From: an uncultured Candidatus Binatia bacterium | GTDB taxonomy: Bacteria > Desulfobacterota > Binatia > UBA9968 > JAJDTQ01 | DNA: 64,000 bases | NCBI GenBank assembly: GCA_965215605.1 | Contig: OZ244070.1 | Coordinates: 2,816,001-2,880,000 of the forward strand | Reading direction: 5' to 3' | Part shown: positions 20,120-30,521 of the stretch, piece after piece | Position numbering within the stretch: position 1 is the stretch's first letter | Layout of the letters: each line of letters opens with the position of its first letter | Position numbers and translations under genes: made by a program | Notes under the pieces: model-generated | The model's input: only the letters and a program-made list of their open reading frames with translations | The model's database searches: none | What the model was told of the DNA's origin: nothing

Positions 20120-20821
20120 ATGGAAAGGGACTCCCTGGCGCGTGTCAACCGGGCGGTGATCCGGTGCCGAAAATGCCCGCGGCTGGTGGAGTGGCGGGCC
20201 GAGACCGCGGCCAATCCGCCGCGCCGCTATCACGGGTACAAGTACTGGGGCCGCCCCCTGCCGGGTTTCGGCGACCACGCCGCGCGGCTCCTCATCGTGG
20301 GTCTGGCACCGGCGGCCCACGGCGGCAACCGCACCGGCCGGATGTTCACCGGAGACCGCAGCGGCGACTGGCTTTACCGAGCCCTGTTCGAGCACGGTTT
20401 CGCCAATCAGGCAGAGTCCGTGGACCGGGACGACGGCCTGGAACTCACCGACTGCTACATCTCCGCCGCCGTCCACTGCGCGCCCCCGGCCAACAAACCG
20501 GCCCGGGACGAGTTCGACAATTGCCGCGGCTATCTGGTCCGCGAGCTCGGACTGTTCCCGCGCCTCCGGGTCGTCATCGCCCTGGGCAAGATCGCCTTCG
20601 ACTCCTATCTCAAGGCGGTGGCGGAAGCAGGACAGCCGCTCCCCCGGCCCCGCCCCAGGTTCGGCCACGCCAGCCGCCACGAACTCGGCGACGGCGTGAC
20701 CCTGCTGGGCTCCTACCACCCCAGCCAGCAGAACACCTTCACCGGCAAGCTCACCGTGCCCATGTTCCATAGTGTATTTCGGACCGCTCGGGAGCTCCTG
20801 GACGGAGGTTGCGGCGCTTGA
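20120..20821 (+). CDS. Uracil-DNA glycosylase family 5 (UdgB-like, Fe-S)
   Basis: CRKCPRL, GLAPAAHGGNRTGRMFTGDRSG, CAPPANKP, YHPSQQNT. Confidence 0.93.
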   Translation: MERDSLARVNRAVIRCRKCPRLVEWRAETAANPPRRYHGYKYWGRPLPGFGDHAARLLIVGLAPAAHGGNRTGRMFTGDRSGDWLYRALFEHGFANQAESVDRDDGLELTDCYISAAVHCAPPANKPARDEFDNCRGYLVRELGLFPRLRVVIALGKIAFDSYLKAVAEAGQPLPRPRPRFGHASRHELGDGVTLLGSYHPSQQNTFTGKLTVPMFHSVFRTARELLDGGCGA

Positions 20822-21019
20822 GTTTGTAGCCCGGTCTTCATGCCGTGGTCATGTTTTGGTGTCTTGGCGAAAATCTGATGAGGCGGGTCGCCGCTCGAGG
20901 CGTCCTCGCCCCCCACTCCATCGCCCGCACTCGCATCCGTTTCAGCATCCGCAACGCTTGCGGTATACGGAAGACTTGCAATAGACGGTAACAGACGAAC
21001 CGAAACAGGAGGACTCGAA

Positions 21020-21313
21020 ATGGCCATCGTCCGTTTGATCCACGTCAACGTCGATCCCAATCAGGCAGCCGAAGTGGAGCGCATCTGGAAAGAGGACTGC
21101 GGCCCGCGCATGCTCGCCCAGAAGGGCTGCAAGTCCGAGCAGTTGCTGAAGTGCATGGATTCCCCGGGTGAGTACATCTCCTACGCCGAGTGGGAGAGCC
21201 AGGACGACATCGATAGCTATCGCGAGAGTGAAGACCACCAGACGATCCAGACGCATGCGCGCGCGCTTCAGGGCGCCCGTGCCGTGGTCAAGCGATACGA
21301 AGCCATCGACTGA
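21020..21313 (+). CDS. ABM (antibiotic biosynthesis monooxygenase) family protein
   Basis: 97 aa, GC...L, Y.EWES, H motif; AGGAGG RBS. Confidence 0.8.
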   Translation: MAIVRLIHVNVDPNQAAEVERIWKEDCGPRMLAQKGCKSEQLLKCMDSPGEYISYAEWESQDDIDSYRESEDHQTIQTHARALQGARAVVKRYEAID

Positions 21314-21387
21314 TGTTCAGCCGGAGGCAGAGTCCGTCGGCGATCGCGACTTGATTCGTGAGATCGTGACCGCGAGGAGTATTTCCC

Positions 21388-24282
21388 ATGGCGCGTGAAG
21401 GCTTGCAGGATTACCGGGAGACCGAGGCCGAGCTCCGCAAGCGCGTGGAGGGCGAGGTCCGGTTCGACCACTACTCGCGGCTGCTTTACGCCACGGACGC
21501 GTCCATCTACCAGATGGAGCCCGTGGGCGTGGTCATCCCCCGGCACAAGGGCGACGTCCAGGCAGTCATCGAGGTGGCCAACCGGCACCGGGTGCCGGTG
21601 CTGGCCCGGGGCGGCGGCACCTCGCTGGCGGGCCAGACCGTGGGCCACGCCATCGTCATGGACTTCTCCAAGTACATGAACCAGGTGCTGGAAACGAACC
21701 GGGAGGAGCTCTGGTGCCGTGTCCAGCCCGGACTCGTCCAGGACGCCCTGAACGCCCACGCGGCGCCCATGGGAATGCTCTTCGGCCCGGATACCTCCAC
21801 CTCGAACCGGGCCACCATCGGCGGCATGATCGGCAACAACTCGGCGGGCGCCCACTCCATCGTGTACGGCAAGACCCTGGACCATGTGCTGGAGCTGACG
21901 GTGCTGCTGGCGGACGGCAGCGAGGTGGTGCTCCGGGATCTCACAGCCGACACGCTGGCCGGCCTGCAGGCAGGCAAGGGGTTGGAGAGCCGCATCTACC
22001 GGGAGTTGCCGCCGCTGGTGGAGGCCGCCGGCGGGCTCATCGCGGAGCGCTATCCCAAGCTCATGCGGCGGGTCTCGGGCTACAACCTGGACGAGTTCAC
22101 CAAGGATCAGCCGTTCAACATCTCGCGCCTGATCGTGGGCTCCGAGGGCACCCTGGCCTGCGTGGTGGAAGCGAAGATGCGCCTGGTGCCCAAGCCCAAG
22201 CACACCGCCCTGGACGTGATCCACTTCCAAGACCTCCAGGACGCGCTGGGGGTGTCGGAAACCATCCTCGCCACCAACCCCTACGCCATGGAGCTCACCG
22301 ACAAGCCCATCCTGGACTTGGCGCGCAACAACATCGAGCAGTCCAAGCGGCTGGGCTTCGTGCAGGGCGACCCGGACGCCATCCTCATGGTGGAGTACGA
22401 CGGCGACACCGCCGAGGAGGTGCGTGACAAGGTCGACAAGCTGGAGGTGATTCGGAAGCGCGAGCGCATGGGCTATGCCGCCTCCCTGGCCTACGAGCCG
22501 GGGGAGGTGCAGCGGATCTGGGGGGTGCGCAAGGCTGGCCTGGGGCTCCTGCTGGGCGTCAAGGGAGAGAAGAAGCCCATCGCCTTCGTCGAGGACACGG
22601 CCGTGGACCCGGTGAAGCTGCCGGAGTTCATCAAGCGGTTCCGCGGCATCCTGGGCAGTCACGGCGTCCGCGCCGGCTACTACGGCCATTGCTCCGTGGG
22701 CTGCATGCACATCCGCCCGTTCATCAACCTCAAGGAGGCCGGCGAGGTGGCGATGATGACGGAGATCTCCCGGGAGATCTCCGATCTCGTGATGGAGTTC
22801 GGCGGCGCCATGTCCGGCGAGCACGGCGACGGCCTGGCCCGCAGCCACCTGAACGAGAAACTCTTCGGACCGGAGCTTTACCAGGAGTTCCGCAAGGTCA
22901 AGCGCCTGTTCGACCCCAACAACCTGCTCAACCCCGGCAAGATCGTGGACGCGCCGCCCATGACCGATTCGCTCCGCTACGGTACCTCCTACAAGACCTG
23001 GCAGCCCGACACCGTGCTGGACTTCAGCGACCAGGGGGGCTTCGTGGCGGCGGTGGAGATGTGCAACGGCACCGGCGCCTGCCGCAAGACCCTGGGCGGC
23101 ACCATGTGCCCGTCCTACATGGCGACCCTGGAGGAGCAGCACTCCACCCGGGGGCGGGCCACGGCCTTGCGCGCGGTGCTGTCCGGCAAGGTGCCCCGCT
23201 CCGAGTTCACCGGGGAGGGGCTCCACGAGGTGCTGGACCTCTGCCTCGAGTGCAAGGGCTGCAAGGCCGAGTGCCCCTCCAACGTGGACATGGCCAAGCT
23301 CAAGTACGAGTTCCTGCACCACTACCAGCAGGTCCACGGGGTCTCGCTCCGGAGCCGCCTGTTCGGGCGCATCGGTTCCCTGAGCCGCTGGGGCTCGCTG
23401 CTGGCGCCCGTGGCCAACCGGGTCAACGCCAGCTTCGTCAGCCGCTGGTTCCTGGACCGCTTCCTGGGCATCGACCGCAGGCGCCCGCTGCCGAGCTTCG
23501 CCCGCAACAACTTCGAGGCATGGTGGCACAAGCGCGATGCCGCGGGCACCGGCGCCCGAGGCTCGGTGATCCTGTTCCACGACACTTTCAACACCTACAA
23601 CACGCCCGACGTGGCGGTGGCGGCCACGGGCCTGCTGGAGCACCTGGGCTACCGCGTGCTGACCGTGCCCCGGCGCTGCTGCGGCCGGCCGATGATCTCC
23701 AAGGGCATGCTGCAGGACGCCAAGGACCACGCCGCCTGGAACGTGGCGCGGCTGCTGCCCCACGTGGAGCAGGGGGTGCGGGTGGTGGGGCTGGAGCCGT
23801 CCTGCATCCTGACGCTCCGGGACGAGTACCCCGACCTCCTGCGCAACGAGCCGGCGCGCCTGGTGGCGGGCCAGACGCTGCTGGTGGAGGAATTGCTGGT
23901 GCGTGACGAGGCGGCGGGCTCGCTCAAGAACGGCGGCGCTCCCAAGCCGCCGGTGCTGCTGCACGGCCACTGTCACCAGAAGGCGCTGGTGGGCATGGCG
24001 CCCACGGTGTCGGCGCTGCGGGAGGCGGGCCACGAGGTCCGCGAGGTGGACTCCGGCTGCTGCGGCATGGCCGGCTCCTTCGGCTTCGAGAAGGAGCACT
24101 ACGACGTCTCCGTGGCCATCGCCAAACGCCGGCTGGTGCCGGCGGTGCAGGCCGCGCCGGAGGACACCCGCGTGGTGGCCTCGGGGATCTCCTGCCGGCA
24201 GCAGATCGAGCATCTCACCGGACGCCGGGCGCTCCACCCCGTGGAGGTGCTGTGGGAAGGCGTCCGGGAAGCCGGGGCCTGA
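21388..24282 (+). CDS. FAD-linked oxidase + 4Fe-4S + CCG fusion (YdiJ / GlcD-GlcF-like 2-hydroxyacid dehydrogenase)
   Basis: RGGGTSLAGQ, SGEHGDG, NPGKI, CNGTGAC, CLECKGCKAECP, CCG, CCGMAG. Confidence 0.92.
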   Translation: MAREGLQDYRETEAELRKRVEGEVRFDHYSRLLYATDASIYQMEPVGVVIPRHKGDVQAVIEVANRHRVPVLARGGGTSLAGQTVGHAIVMDFSKYMNQVLETNREELWCRVQPGLVQDALNAHAAPMGMLFGPDTSTSNRATIGGMIGNNSAGAHSIVYGKTLDHVLELTVLLADGSEVVLRDLTADTLAGLQAGKGLESRIYRELPPLVEAAGGLIAERYPKLMRRVSGYNLDEFTKDQPFNISRLIVGSEGTLACVVEAKMRLVPKPKHTALDVIHFQDLQDALGVSETILATNPYAMELTDKPILDLARNNIEQSKRLGFVQGDPDAILMVEYDGDTAEEVRDKVDKLEVIRKRERMGYAASLAYEPGEVQRIWGVRKAGLGLLLGVKGEKKPIAFVEDTAVDPVKLPEFIKRFRGILGSHGVRAGYYGHCSVGCMHIRPFINLKEAGEVAMMTEISREISDLVMEFGGAMSGEHGDGLARSHLNEKLFGPELYQEFRKVKRLFDPNNLLNPGKIVDAPPMTDSLRYGTSYKTWQPDTVLDFSDQGGFVAAVEMCNGTGACRKTLGGTMCPSYMATLEEQHSTRGRATALRAVLSGKVPRSEFTGEGLHEVLDLCLECKGCKAECPSNVDMAKLKYEFLHHYQQVHGVSLRSRLFGRIGSLSRWGSLLAPVANRVNASFVSRWFLDRFLGIDRRRPLPSFARNNFEAWWHKRDAAGTGARGSVILFHDTFNTYNTPDVAVAATGLLEHLGYRVLTVPRRCCGRPMISKGMLQDAKDHAAWNVARLLPHVEQGVRVVGLEPSCILTLRDEYPDLLRNEPARLVAGQTLLVEELLVRDEAAGSLKNGGAPKPPVLLHGHCHQKALVGMAPTVSALREAGHEVREVDSGCCGMAGSFGFEKEHYDVSVAIAKRRLVPAVQAAPEDTRVVASGISCRQQIEHLTGRRALHPVEVLWEGVREAGA

Positions 24283-24289
24283 GGACGTC

Positions 24290-25564
24290 ATGGGCAGGAT
24301 CGCGGCGTTGCGCTGTCCGCAGTGCGGTTGGGAGGCCGTAACCGACGACACCTTTGCGTGCGGCGCGTGCGGCAGCGTGCTGGAGGTGCAGATGGACCTC
24401 ACGCACCTCACCCGCTCCGACGTACGTGTCATCCGCGCCAGCACGGACCAGACGCTTTGGCGCTGGTTCGATTTCTTCCCGGTGAAGAGCCGCGGCTCGG
24501 TGGTGTCCCTGGGCGAGGGCTACACGCCGCTCACCCGCTGCCGCCGGCTGGGCCGGCATCTGGGGATGGAGCGGCTCTACGTCAAGAACGACACGCTGCT
24601 GCCCTCGGGCTCCCTCAAGGACCGCAGCAACGCCGTGGGCATCTCCCGGGCGGTGGAGCTGGGCTTCGACACCGTGGCCGTGCCCTCCACCGGCAACGCC
24701 GCCGCGTCGGTGGCCGCCTATGCCGCGGCCGCGGGCCTGCGCAGCGTGGTGATGGTGCCGGCCGCCACCGACATGGCCAAGGTGATCCAGGCGTGCGCCT
24801 GCGGCGCCGAGGTGGTGATGGTGGACGGGAGCCTCGACGACATCGGTCCGTTCTACCGGGAAGCGGTGAGGGAGTTCGGCTGGTACGACTGCCTCTCCAC
24901 CAACCCGTACCGCAACGAGGGCAAGAAGTCCTACGCCTTCGAGCTGTTCGATCAACTGGACGAACACGTGCCCGACTGGATCGTCCATCCCACCGCCGGA
25001 GGCGCGGGCCTGGCGGCCATGTGGAAGGGCTACCAGGAGCTGCACGGCCTCGGCTGGGCGCATCGCTTTCCCAGGTTGGTGGCGACCCAGAGCGAGGCCG
25101 CGGCCCCCATCGTCGCGGCGCTGGAGAACGGCAACGCCACGGTGGAGCCGGTGGCCGCCGGCTCCACCGTGGCGGAGAGCATCCGGGTGGGCAACCCCAG
25201 CGCGCTGGGGCAGCGCGCCCTGCGCGCGGTGCGGGCCAGCAACGGGACGGGCGTGGCGCTGGCGGACGACGAGATCCTGGAGGCCCAGTCCCTCCTGGGT
25301 CGCATGGCCGGGGTTTTTGCCGAGCCCTCCGGCGCCGCCTCCCTGGCTGCCGCCATACGCCTGCGGGGGCAGGGTGTCATCGCCGCCGACGATATGGTGG
25401 TGTGCAACGTCACCGGCCACGGCCTCAAGCAGGCGGGCAGCGTGGGCGTGCCGCCGGAGCATCTGCAGATCGTTGAGCCAGACCTCGAGGCCTTGAGGAA
25501 ACGGCTGGAGACCACCGCCCGGACCACGGCGTCGGCGAATCCCGAAAGCGAAGGACAGCCATGA
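24290..25564 (+). CDS. Threonine-synthase-like PLP enzyme
   Basis: N-terminal CxxC..CxxC, SLGEGYTPL, PSGSLKDR, STGNA, EPSGA, TGHGLK. Confidence 0.88.
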   Translation: MGRIAALRCPQCGWEAVTDDTFACGACGSVLEVQMDLTHLTRSDVRVIRASTDQTLWRWFDFFPVKSRGSVVSLGEGYTPLTRCRRLGRHLGMERLYVKNDTLLPSGSLKDRSNAVGISRAVELGFDTVAVPSTGNAAASVAAYAAAAGLRSVVMVPAATDMAKVIQACACGAEVVMVDGSLDDIGPFYREAVREFGWYDCLSTNPYRNEGKKSYAFELFDQLDEHVPDWIVHPTAGGAGLAAMWKGYQELHGLGWAHRFPRLVATQSEAAAPIVAALENGNATVEPVAAGSTVAESIRVGNPSALGQRALRAVRASNGTGVALADDEILEAQSLLGRMAGVFAEPSGAASLAAAIRLRGQGVIAADDMVVCNVTGHGLKQAGSVGVPPEHLQIVEPDLEALRKRLETTARTTASANPESEGQP

Positions 25565-26604
25565 AGTTCGGATACTATCTGCTCAATACCTACGTTCCCG
25601 AGCTGGACGGAGATTCCCGGGAGCTCTATTCCCGCTGGCTGGAGCAGATCGACGCCGCCGAGGACATGGGGTTTGACAGCCTCTGGGTCACCGAGCACCA
25701 CTTCCGCCTCTTCGGCGGCATGATGCCGAGCCCCCAGATGCTGTTGTCGGCCGCCTCCCAGCGCACCCGGCGCATCCAGCTCGGCTCGGCCGTGTCGTTG
25801 GTGCCCATGCACCACCCGCTGCAGATCGCCGAGGACTACGCCATGCTGGACCTGCTCTCCGACGGGCGGCTGCTGTTCGGCGCCGGCCGGGGCATGAGCC
25901 CCCACGAGTACGAGGTGTACGGGCATGACTGGCCCACCGCGCAGCCGCGGCTGGTGGAGGCCCTGGACGTCATCCGCATGGCCTGGACCGAAGAGACCGT
26001 GGAGTGGGAAGGCGAGTACTTCAGCTACCACGGCATGACCGTGCGGCCCCGGCCGCAACAGCAACCCCATCCGCCCGTCTACGTGCCCGCCAACCGCGAC
26101 CTGGACAACTTCCGCATGATCGGGAGCCACGGCTACCACCTGATGACCCTGCCGTGGATCGGCAGCAACGCCGAGCAGCGCCCCCGCATCGAGGTCTATC
26201 TCGACAGCCTGCGGCAGGCGGGATTCTCCGAGGACGACCACGACGTCTTCGTCATGTACCCCATCTACGTCGGCGAGGACGACCGCCAGGCACGGGCCGA
26301 GGTGGAAGACGCCTGGCACCGCTGGCGCGAATTCGCCCTGGACGAGGTCCGCCTCGACCCCGCCCGGGCGCCCATGGTGGGCAAGATCTACGAGCGTCTG
26401 GCCTACGACATGATGGTGCAGGACAACCGCGGCGTGTTCGGCGGCCCCGAGACCTGCATCGAGCACCTCAAGGTCATCACCGACGTGGTGGGTCCCAACC
26501 ACATCGGACTCTGCTTCCACTTCGGCGGCCTCAAGCAGGACAAGGTGCTCGCCTCCATGGAGCGCTTCAGCCGCCACGTGGCGCCGGCGTTTTCATCGAG
26601 TTGA
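25561..26604 (+). CDS. Luciferase-like (LLM) flavin-dependent oxidoreductase
   Basis: GFDSLWVTEHHF, HPLQIAEDYAMLD..S.GR, P.P.QQPHPP. Confidence 0.92.
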   Translation: MKFGYYLLNTYVPELDGDSRELYSRWLEQIDAAEDMGFDSLWVTEHHFRLFGGMMPSPQMLLSAASQRTRRIQLGSAVSLVPMHHPLQIAEDYAMLDLLSDGRLLFGAGRGMSPHEYEVYGHDWPTAQPRLVEALDVIRMAWTEETVEWEGEYFSYHGMTVRPRPQQQPHPPVYVPANRDLDNFRMIGSHGYHLMTLPWIGSNAEQRPRIEVYLDSLRQAGFSEDDHDVFVMYPIYVGEDDRQARAEVEDAWHRWREFALDEVRLDPARAPMVGKIYERLAYDMMVQDNRGVFGGPETCIEHLKVITDVVGPNHIGLCFHFGGLKQDKVLASMERFSRHVAPAFSSS

Positions 26605-26619
26605 TCCGGCCCCGGCGTG

Positions 26620-29600
26620 TCACGCCGCCTTCGCGAATTCGCCGCTGACCGCCTGTTGCCAGACGTGGGCGTAGACTTCCCTGGCCACCGTCTCCTGCTC
26701 TTCAGCGGTGAAGGGCGGAGCAGGCAGGCTGTCGTAGACTTGGTCGTGGATCAGGACCCTGACATCCGCCTTGGTCTGTTCCTTCTCCCAGAACCGATCG
26801 AGCTTGGCGAGTCGTTCCTTGAGGGTCGCGAGCAGTTCGCGGCTGGCCTGCTTGACCCGCTCCCGTTCGGACCTGCCGAGACCGTCTTTCTTCATCAGGT
26901 CGAACAGGGCAAGCTCGTGCTCGTTGAGGCCTTCCTCCACCGCGCGTTTCTGCTCGGCGTCCAGTTCTTCCATCAGTTCGGTCAACTGCCGGAAAGTCTC
27001 CTCGACGGTTACCCGATCCTTCTCCCGGTTGTAGCCGGCGACGATCTCCTCGTATCGGCGCTGGTAGTCCATGCGTGAGGGGTTGCGCGCGAGCATTTCC
27101 GCGAGCTTTCGCTCGATGATCTCGCGGATGTCCTGCAGCGCCGTCGCCTTGTGCCGGACCTTCTTCGCGAATTCGTCACGCAGCTTCTCCAGGTCGATCC
27201 GGCTCAGATCGAAAGTCAGCCCTTCGGCCTGGTCGTCCCCCGGCGCCTGCGTGCGGATGGCCTCGTTGACGATCCGGTGCAGTTCTTTCAGAAGCGCTGT
27301 CACGTCTGCGGTATCGCGCCGTTCCGTGAGCTTCTTGTAGATGGTCTCGATGTTGTCGCGGCGCTCCGCGTATGCAAACGCCGACGGCTCCATCAGCAGG
27401 GCCTTGAAACGGGTGAACACCTGTCGCGCGAGGATCTCGAAACGGCGCTTGGCTTCGTCGCTGGTATAGACGGATTCGACCGCGTCCTTGAATTTCGCGA
27501 TGCGCTGGAAACCCGTTGCGCCCACGAGGGTCGCGGGGTCGAACCCGAGGCTTCGCAAATGCGCCTCGGTGGCCTCCACGGCTTCGATCAGCGCCTGCAC
27601 ACGCTCCTCCACGGGTGTGATGATGTCCTCCGCGCCCGCGCCTTCGTTGCCGTTGCCTTCCCCGTCGGGGCCGTCGCCCAAGGCGTACTGCGCGAGCGCT
27701 TCCCGCAGGCTCTTGAGCAGGCCGTTGTAGTCCACGATCAGGCCGAAGTCCTTGCCGGGATACACCCGGTTCGCCCGGGCGATGGCCTGCATCAGCGAAT
27801 GCGCCTTCATGGGCTTGTCCACGTACAGCGTAGACAAGCATTCCACGTCGAAGCCGGTCAGCCACATGGCGCACACGATGGCCACGCGGAAGGGATGCTC
27901 GGGACTCTTGAACGCGGTCTCGACATCGACCCGTTCGCCGTCCACCGTCTCGAAGCCCCGCTTCATCCGGACGCGATGCGGGATGATGTCGAAGCCCCAT
28001 CTCGCGAAGTCCCTGACCTCGTTCTGCGCCTCGCTGATGACGATCGCGACGATCGTCTCTTCCAGCCACGCGGCTTGGGCCGCCAGTTCCTCGGCTTCCT
28101 CGGCAAGCGCGGCGCGGAGAGACTCGTCACCCGTCGCTTCCGCTTCCGCGCGCTTGGAGTCTGCCAGCTCGCGTACGGCGGCCGCCTTCGCCTGCCACCG
28201 AGGAACGATCCGCTGGAGCATCCGGGCGCCGGTCACCTTGTCGATGCACACCAGCATCGACTTGCCCGACCGCCATCGGGTCGCGCAGTGCTCGACGAAG
28301 TCGGCGGCGATCTTGTCCAGTCGCTCGTCGGCGGTGATGACCTCGTAGTCCTGGCCCAGCAGCTTGTCGAGAAGCGCCGCCTGGTCGGGGTCGAGCTCGG
28401 CCTCCTCAATCCTTGCGGCGATGCGGTCGTTCAGGTCCGCCCGCGCCACGCCCAGCTTCTCGCCCCGGTTCTCGTAGACCAGCTTGACCGTGGCACCGTC
28501 CTCCTCGGATCGCTTGAAGTCGTAGCGCGAGACGTAATCCCCGAAGATGCGCTTCGTGCTCTCGTCCTGCTTGAAGAGCGGCGTGCCTGTGAAGCCGATG
28601 AACGCCGCGTTCGGCAGCGCGAGGCGCATGTTGCGCGCCAGCCGCCCCGCCTGCGTGCGATGCGCTTCGTCCGAGATCACGATGATGTCGTCGCGCTCGC
28701 TGTAGGGCCGCTTCGGATCGACATCCTTGTTGAACTTGTGGATCAGGCTGAAGAAGTAGGGGTGGTTCTCCTTGAGCAGCCTTTCCAGATCGTCGCCCGA
28801 TGCGGCCCGCGGCGTATTGTCGTCGGCGATGCCGCAGCCGATGAAGGTTCGGTAGATCTGGCCGTCGAGATCGTTGCGATCGGTCATCAGCAGGAACGTG
28901 AAGTTGCCTTCCAGCTTCCGCCGCACCTTCTCGGCGAAGAAGGCCATGGAGTAGGACTTGCCGCTCCCCTGGGTGTGCCAGAACACTCCGAGCCGACCAA
29001 GATCGGGATGCGGCCGCTCGACAATGTCGACCGGCCGCTTCGCAACGTAGGGGGGCGGCGGCGGTTCGGCGACCATCGGGAGTGTCGGCGGGGCCGCCGC
29101 GGGCGCCCGCGATTCAAGCGGCAGCTCCACGACGCGATGCGTCAGGCGCCGCCCCGGCGGGAACTCCCGCTTCAGCTCTTCCTGTCGGGCGACGGACGCC
29201 ACCGCCCGGTTGACCCCGAGCACCTGGTGGTTCCTCGCGATGACTTTCCGCGTGGCGCCCGGCTTGCTCTCGTCGAACAGGATGAAGTTCTCGACGATGT
29301 CGAGCAGCCGGTCGTGGGCCAGCATGCCGTTCAGCAGCACCTCGGCTTCCAGGCTGCCCTTGTCCCCCTCGTCAAGCCGCTTCCACTCGCCGAAGTGCTC
29401 CCACCCGCTGGTGATCGATCCGTAGCGGGTGCGGTCGCCGTTCGACACGATCAGGAAGGCGTTGTGATGGAAGGCATGGGCGATGACGTTCTCGTCCATG
29501 TAGTCGGAGAGGTTGGCGTCGAAGCCCTCGCGGATGTTCCTGTACACCGCCTTCATCTCGATGAAGACCAGCGGGAGGCCGTTGACGAAGCAGACCAGGT

Positions 29601-30066
29601 CGGCGCGGCGGTTGTAGTTGGGGGTGCGGACCCCGGTCAGCTTCAGCTCGCGTACGGCGAGGAAGCAGTTCGAACCAGGTGCGTTGTCGAAGTCGAGCAC
29701 ACGCGCGCGGGCGGATTTGCGGCGCCCTTGGGCATCCCGGTACTCCACGGGAACACCACCGCGGATCAGCCGGTGGAACTCGCGGTTGTGCTGCACCGTC
29801 GATCGACTGACGTCGTACACGGTCAGATCCCGTACTGCGTCGTCGATGGCGGAGGCCGGCAGACCCGGGTTGAGCCGTTCCAGCGCCGCGCGCAGGTCGC
29901 GGGCCAGCACCGCTTCCCTGGTGTCGGCGCGGCCCAAGGTGCCCTCCGGCCCGAAGGTCTCCTCGTTCCACGCATACACGCTGTCCCAGCCGAGCACCCG
30001 CTCGAGATGCTCGGCGAAAGTCGCCTGCACCAGCCGATCCTCGCTGTTTATGGGCGTCACCGCCAT
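26620..30066 (-). CDS. hsdR: Type I restriction enzyme R subunit
   Basis: RADLVCFVNGLPLVFIEMK nuclease motif, HTQGSGKS, DEAHR, FTGTP, MWLTGFD, QAIARANR. Confidence 0.96.
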   Translation of the reverse strand: MAVTPINSEDRLVQATFAEHLERVLGWDSVYAWNEETFGPEGTLGRADTREAVLARDLRAALERLNPGLPASAIDDAVRDLTVYDVSRSTVQHNREFHRLIRGGVPVEYRDAQGRRKSARARVLDFDNAPGSNCFLAVRELKLTGVRTPNYNRRADLVCFVNGLPLVFIEMKAVYRNIREGFDANLSDYMDENVIAHAFHHNAFLIVSNGDRTRYGSITSGWEHFGEWKRLDEGDKGSLEAEVLLNGMLAHDRLLDIVENFILFDESKPGATRKVIARNHQVLGVNRAVASVARQEELKREFPPGRRLTHRVVELPLESRAPAAAPPTLPMVAEPPPPPYVAKRPVDIVERPHPDLGRLGVFWHTQGSGKSYSMAFFAEKVRRKLEGNFTFLLMTDRNDLDGQIYRTFIGCGIADDNTPRAASGDDLERLLKENHPYFFSLIHKFNKDVDPKRPYSERDDIIVISDEAHRTQAGRLARNMRLALPNAAFIGFTGTPLFKQDESTKRIFGDYVSRYDFKRSEEDGATVKLVYENRGEKLGVARADLNDRIAARIEEAELDPDQAALLDKLLGQDYEVITADERLDKIAADFVEHCATRWRSGKSMLVCIDKVTGARMLQRIVPRWQAKAAAVRELADSKRAEAEATGDESLRAALAEEAEELAAQAAWLEETIVAIVISEAQNEVRDFARWGFDIIPHRVRMKRGFETVDGERVDVETAFKSPEHPFRVAIVCAMWLTGFDVECLSTLYVDKPMKAHSLMQAIARANRVYPGKDFGLIVDYNGLLKSLREALAQYALGDGPDGEGNGNEGAGAEDIITPVEERVQALIEAVEATEAHLRSLGFDPATLVGATGFQRIAKFKDAVESVYTSDEAKRRFEILARQVFTRFKALLMEPSAFAYAERRDNIETIYKKLTERRDTADVTALLKELHRIVNEAIRTQAPGDDQAEGLTFDLSRIDLEKLRDEFAKKVRHKATALQDIREIIERKLAEMLARNPSRMDYQRRYEEIVAGYNREKDRVTVEETFRQLTELMEELDAEQKRAVEEGLNEHELALFDLMKKDGLGRSERERVKQASRELLATLKERLAKLDRFWEKEQTKADVRVLIHDQVYDSLPAPPFTAEEQETVAREVYAHVWQQAVSGEFAKAA

Positions 30067-30239
30067 CGCGTCCGCCCTCCGATGGTGGTGCCGGATGCTC
30101 TCATCAGACCGGAATCTCCCCGTTCATCAGGCGCGGCAGGAGTAGGTCGCGGGCTTCGGCGAGCCTCTGGTTGAGGTGGTCCTGGAAAATCGGACAGGTT
30201 GCTAAGGTGTATTCCACCGACTTAGGGAGGGGATACGCA

Positions 30240-30521
30240 ATGAGCACACGACGACGGTTCAGCGGAGAGTTCAAGGCGAAGGTAGCGCTGGAGGCGCTGC
30301 GCGGAGACAAGACGATCCAGGAGATTGCGGCGCGGCACAAGGTCCATCCGAACCAGGTGAGCACCTGGAAGCAACGGGCGGTGGAGGGGATGAAGGAGGT
30401 GTTCTCGAAGGGAGCCGAGCGGGCACGAGGAGACCACGAGGGGGAGGTCCGGGACCTGCACGCGAAGATAGGGGAGCTGACGGTGGAGCGGGATTTTTTG
30501 GCCAAAGGGCTCAAGTGGTGA
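30240..30521 (+). CDS. IS3 transposase OrfA (HTH)
   Basis: RRRFSGEFKAKVALEA, VHPNQVSTWK; GGGAGG RBS. Confidence 0.93.
   Translation: MSTRRRFSGEFKAKVALEALRGDKTIQEIAARHKVHPNQVSTWKQRAVEGMKEVFSKGAERARGDHEGEVRDLHAKIGELTVERDFLAKGLKW

Noticed and set aside
21268-24444. 1058-aa minus-strand ORF and similar long antisense ORFs (e.g. 27151..30174, 5566..7638, 38033..39886)
   Set aside because: Shadows of well-supported genes on the opposite strand; expected from high GC3 codon bias; no motifs
29040-29130. Pro/Ala-rich insertion in HsdR as an intein or mobile insert
   Set aside because: Short low-complexity linker lacking intein terminal residues or an endonuclease motif
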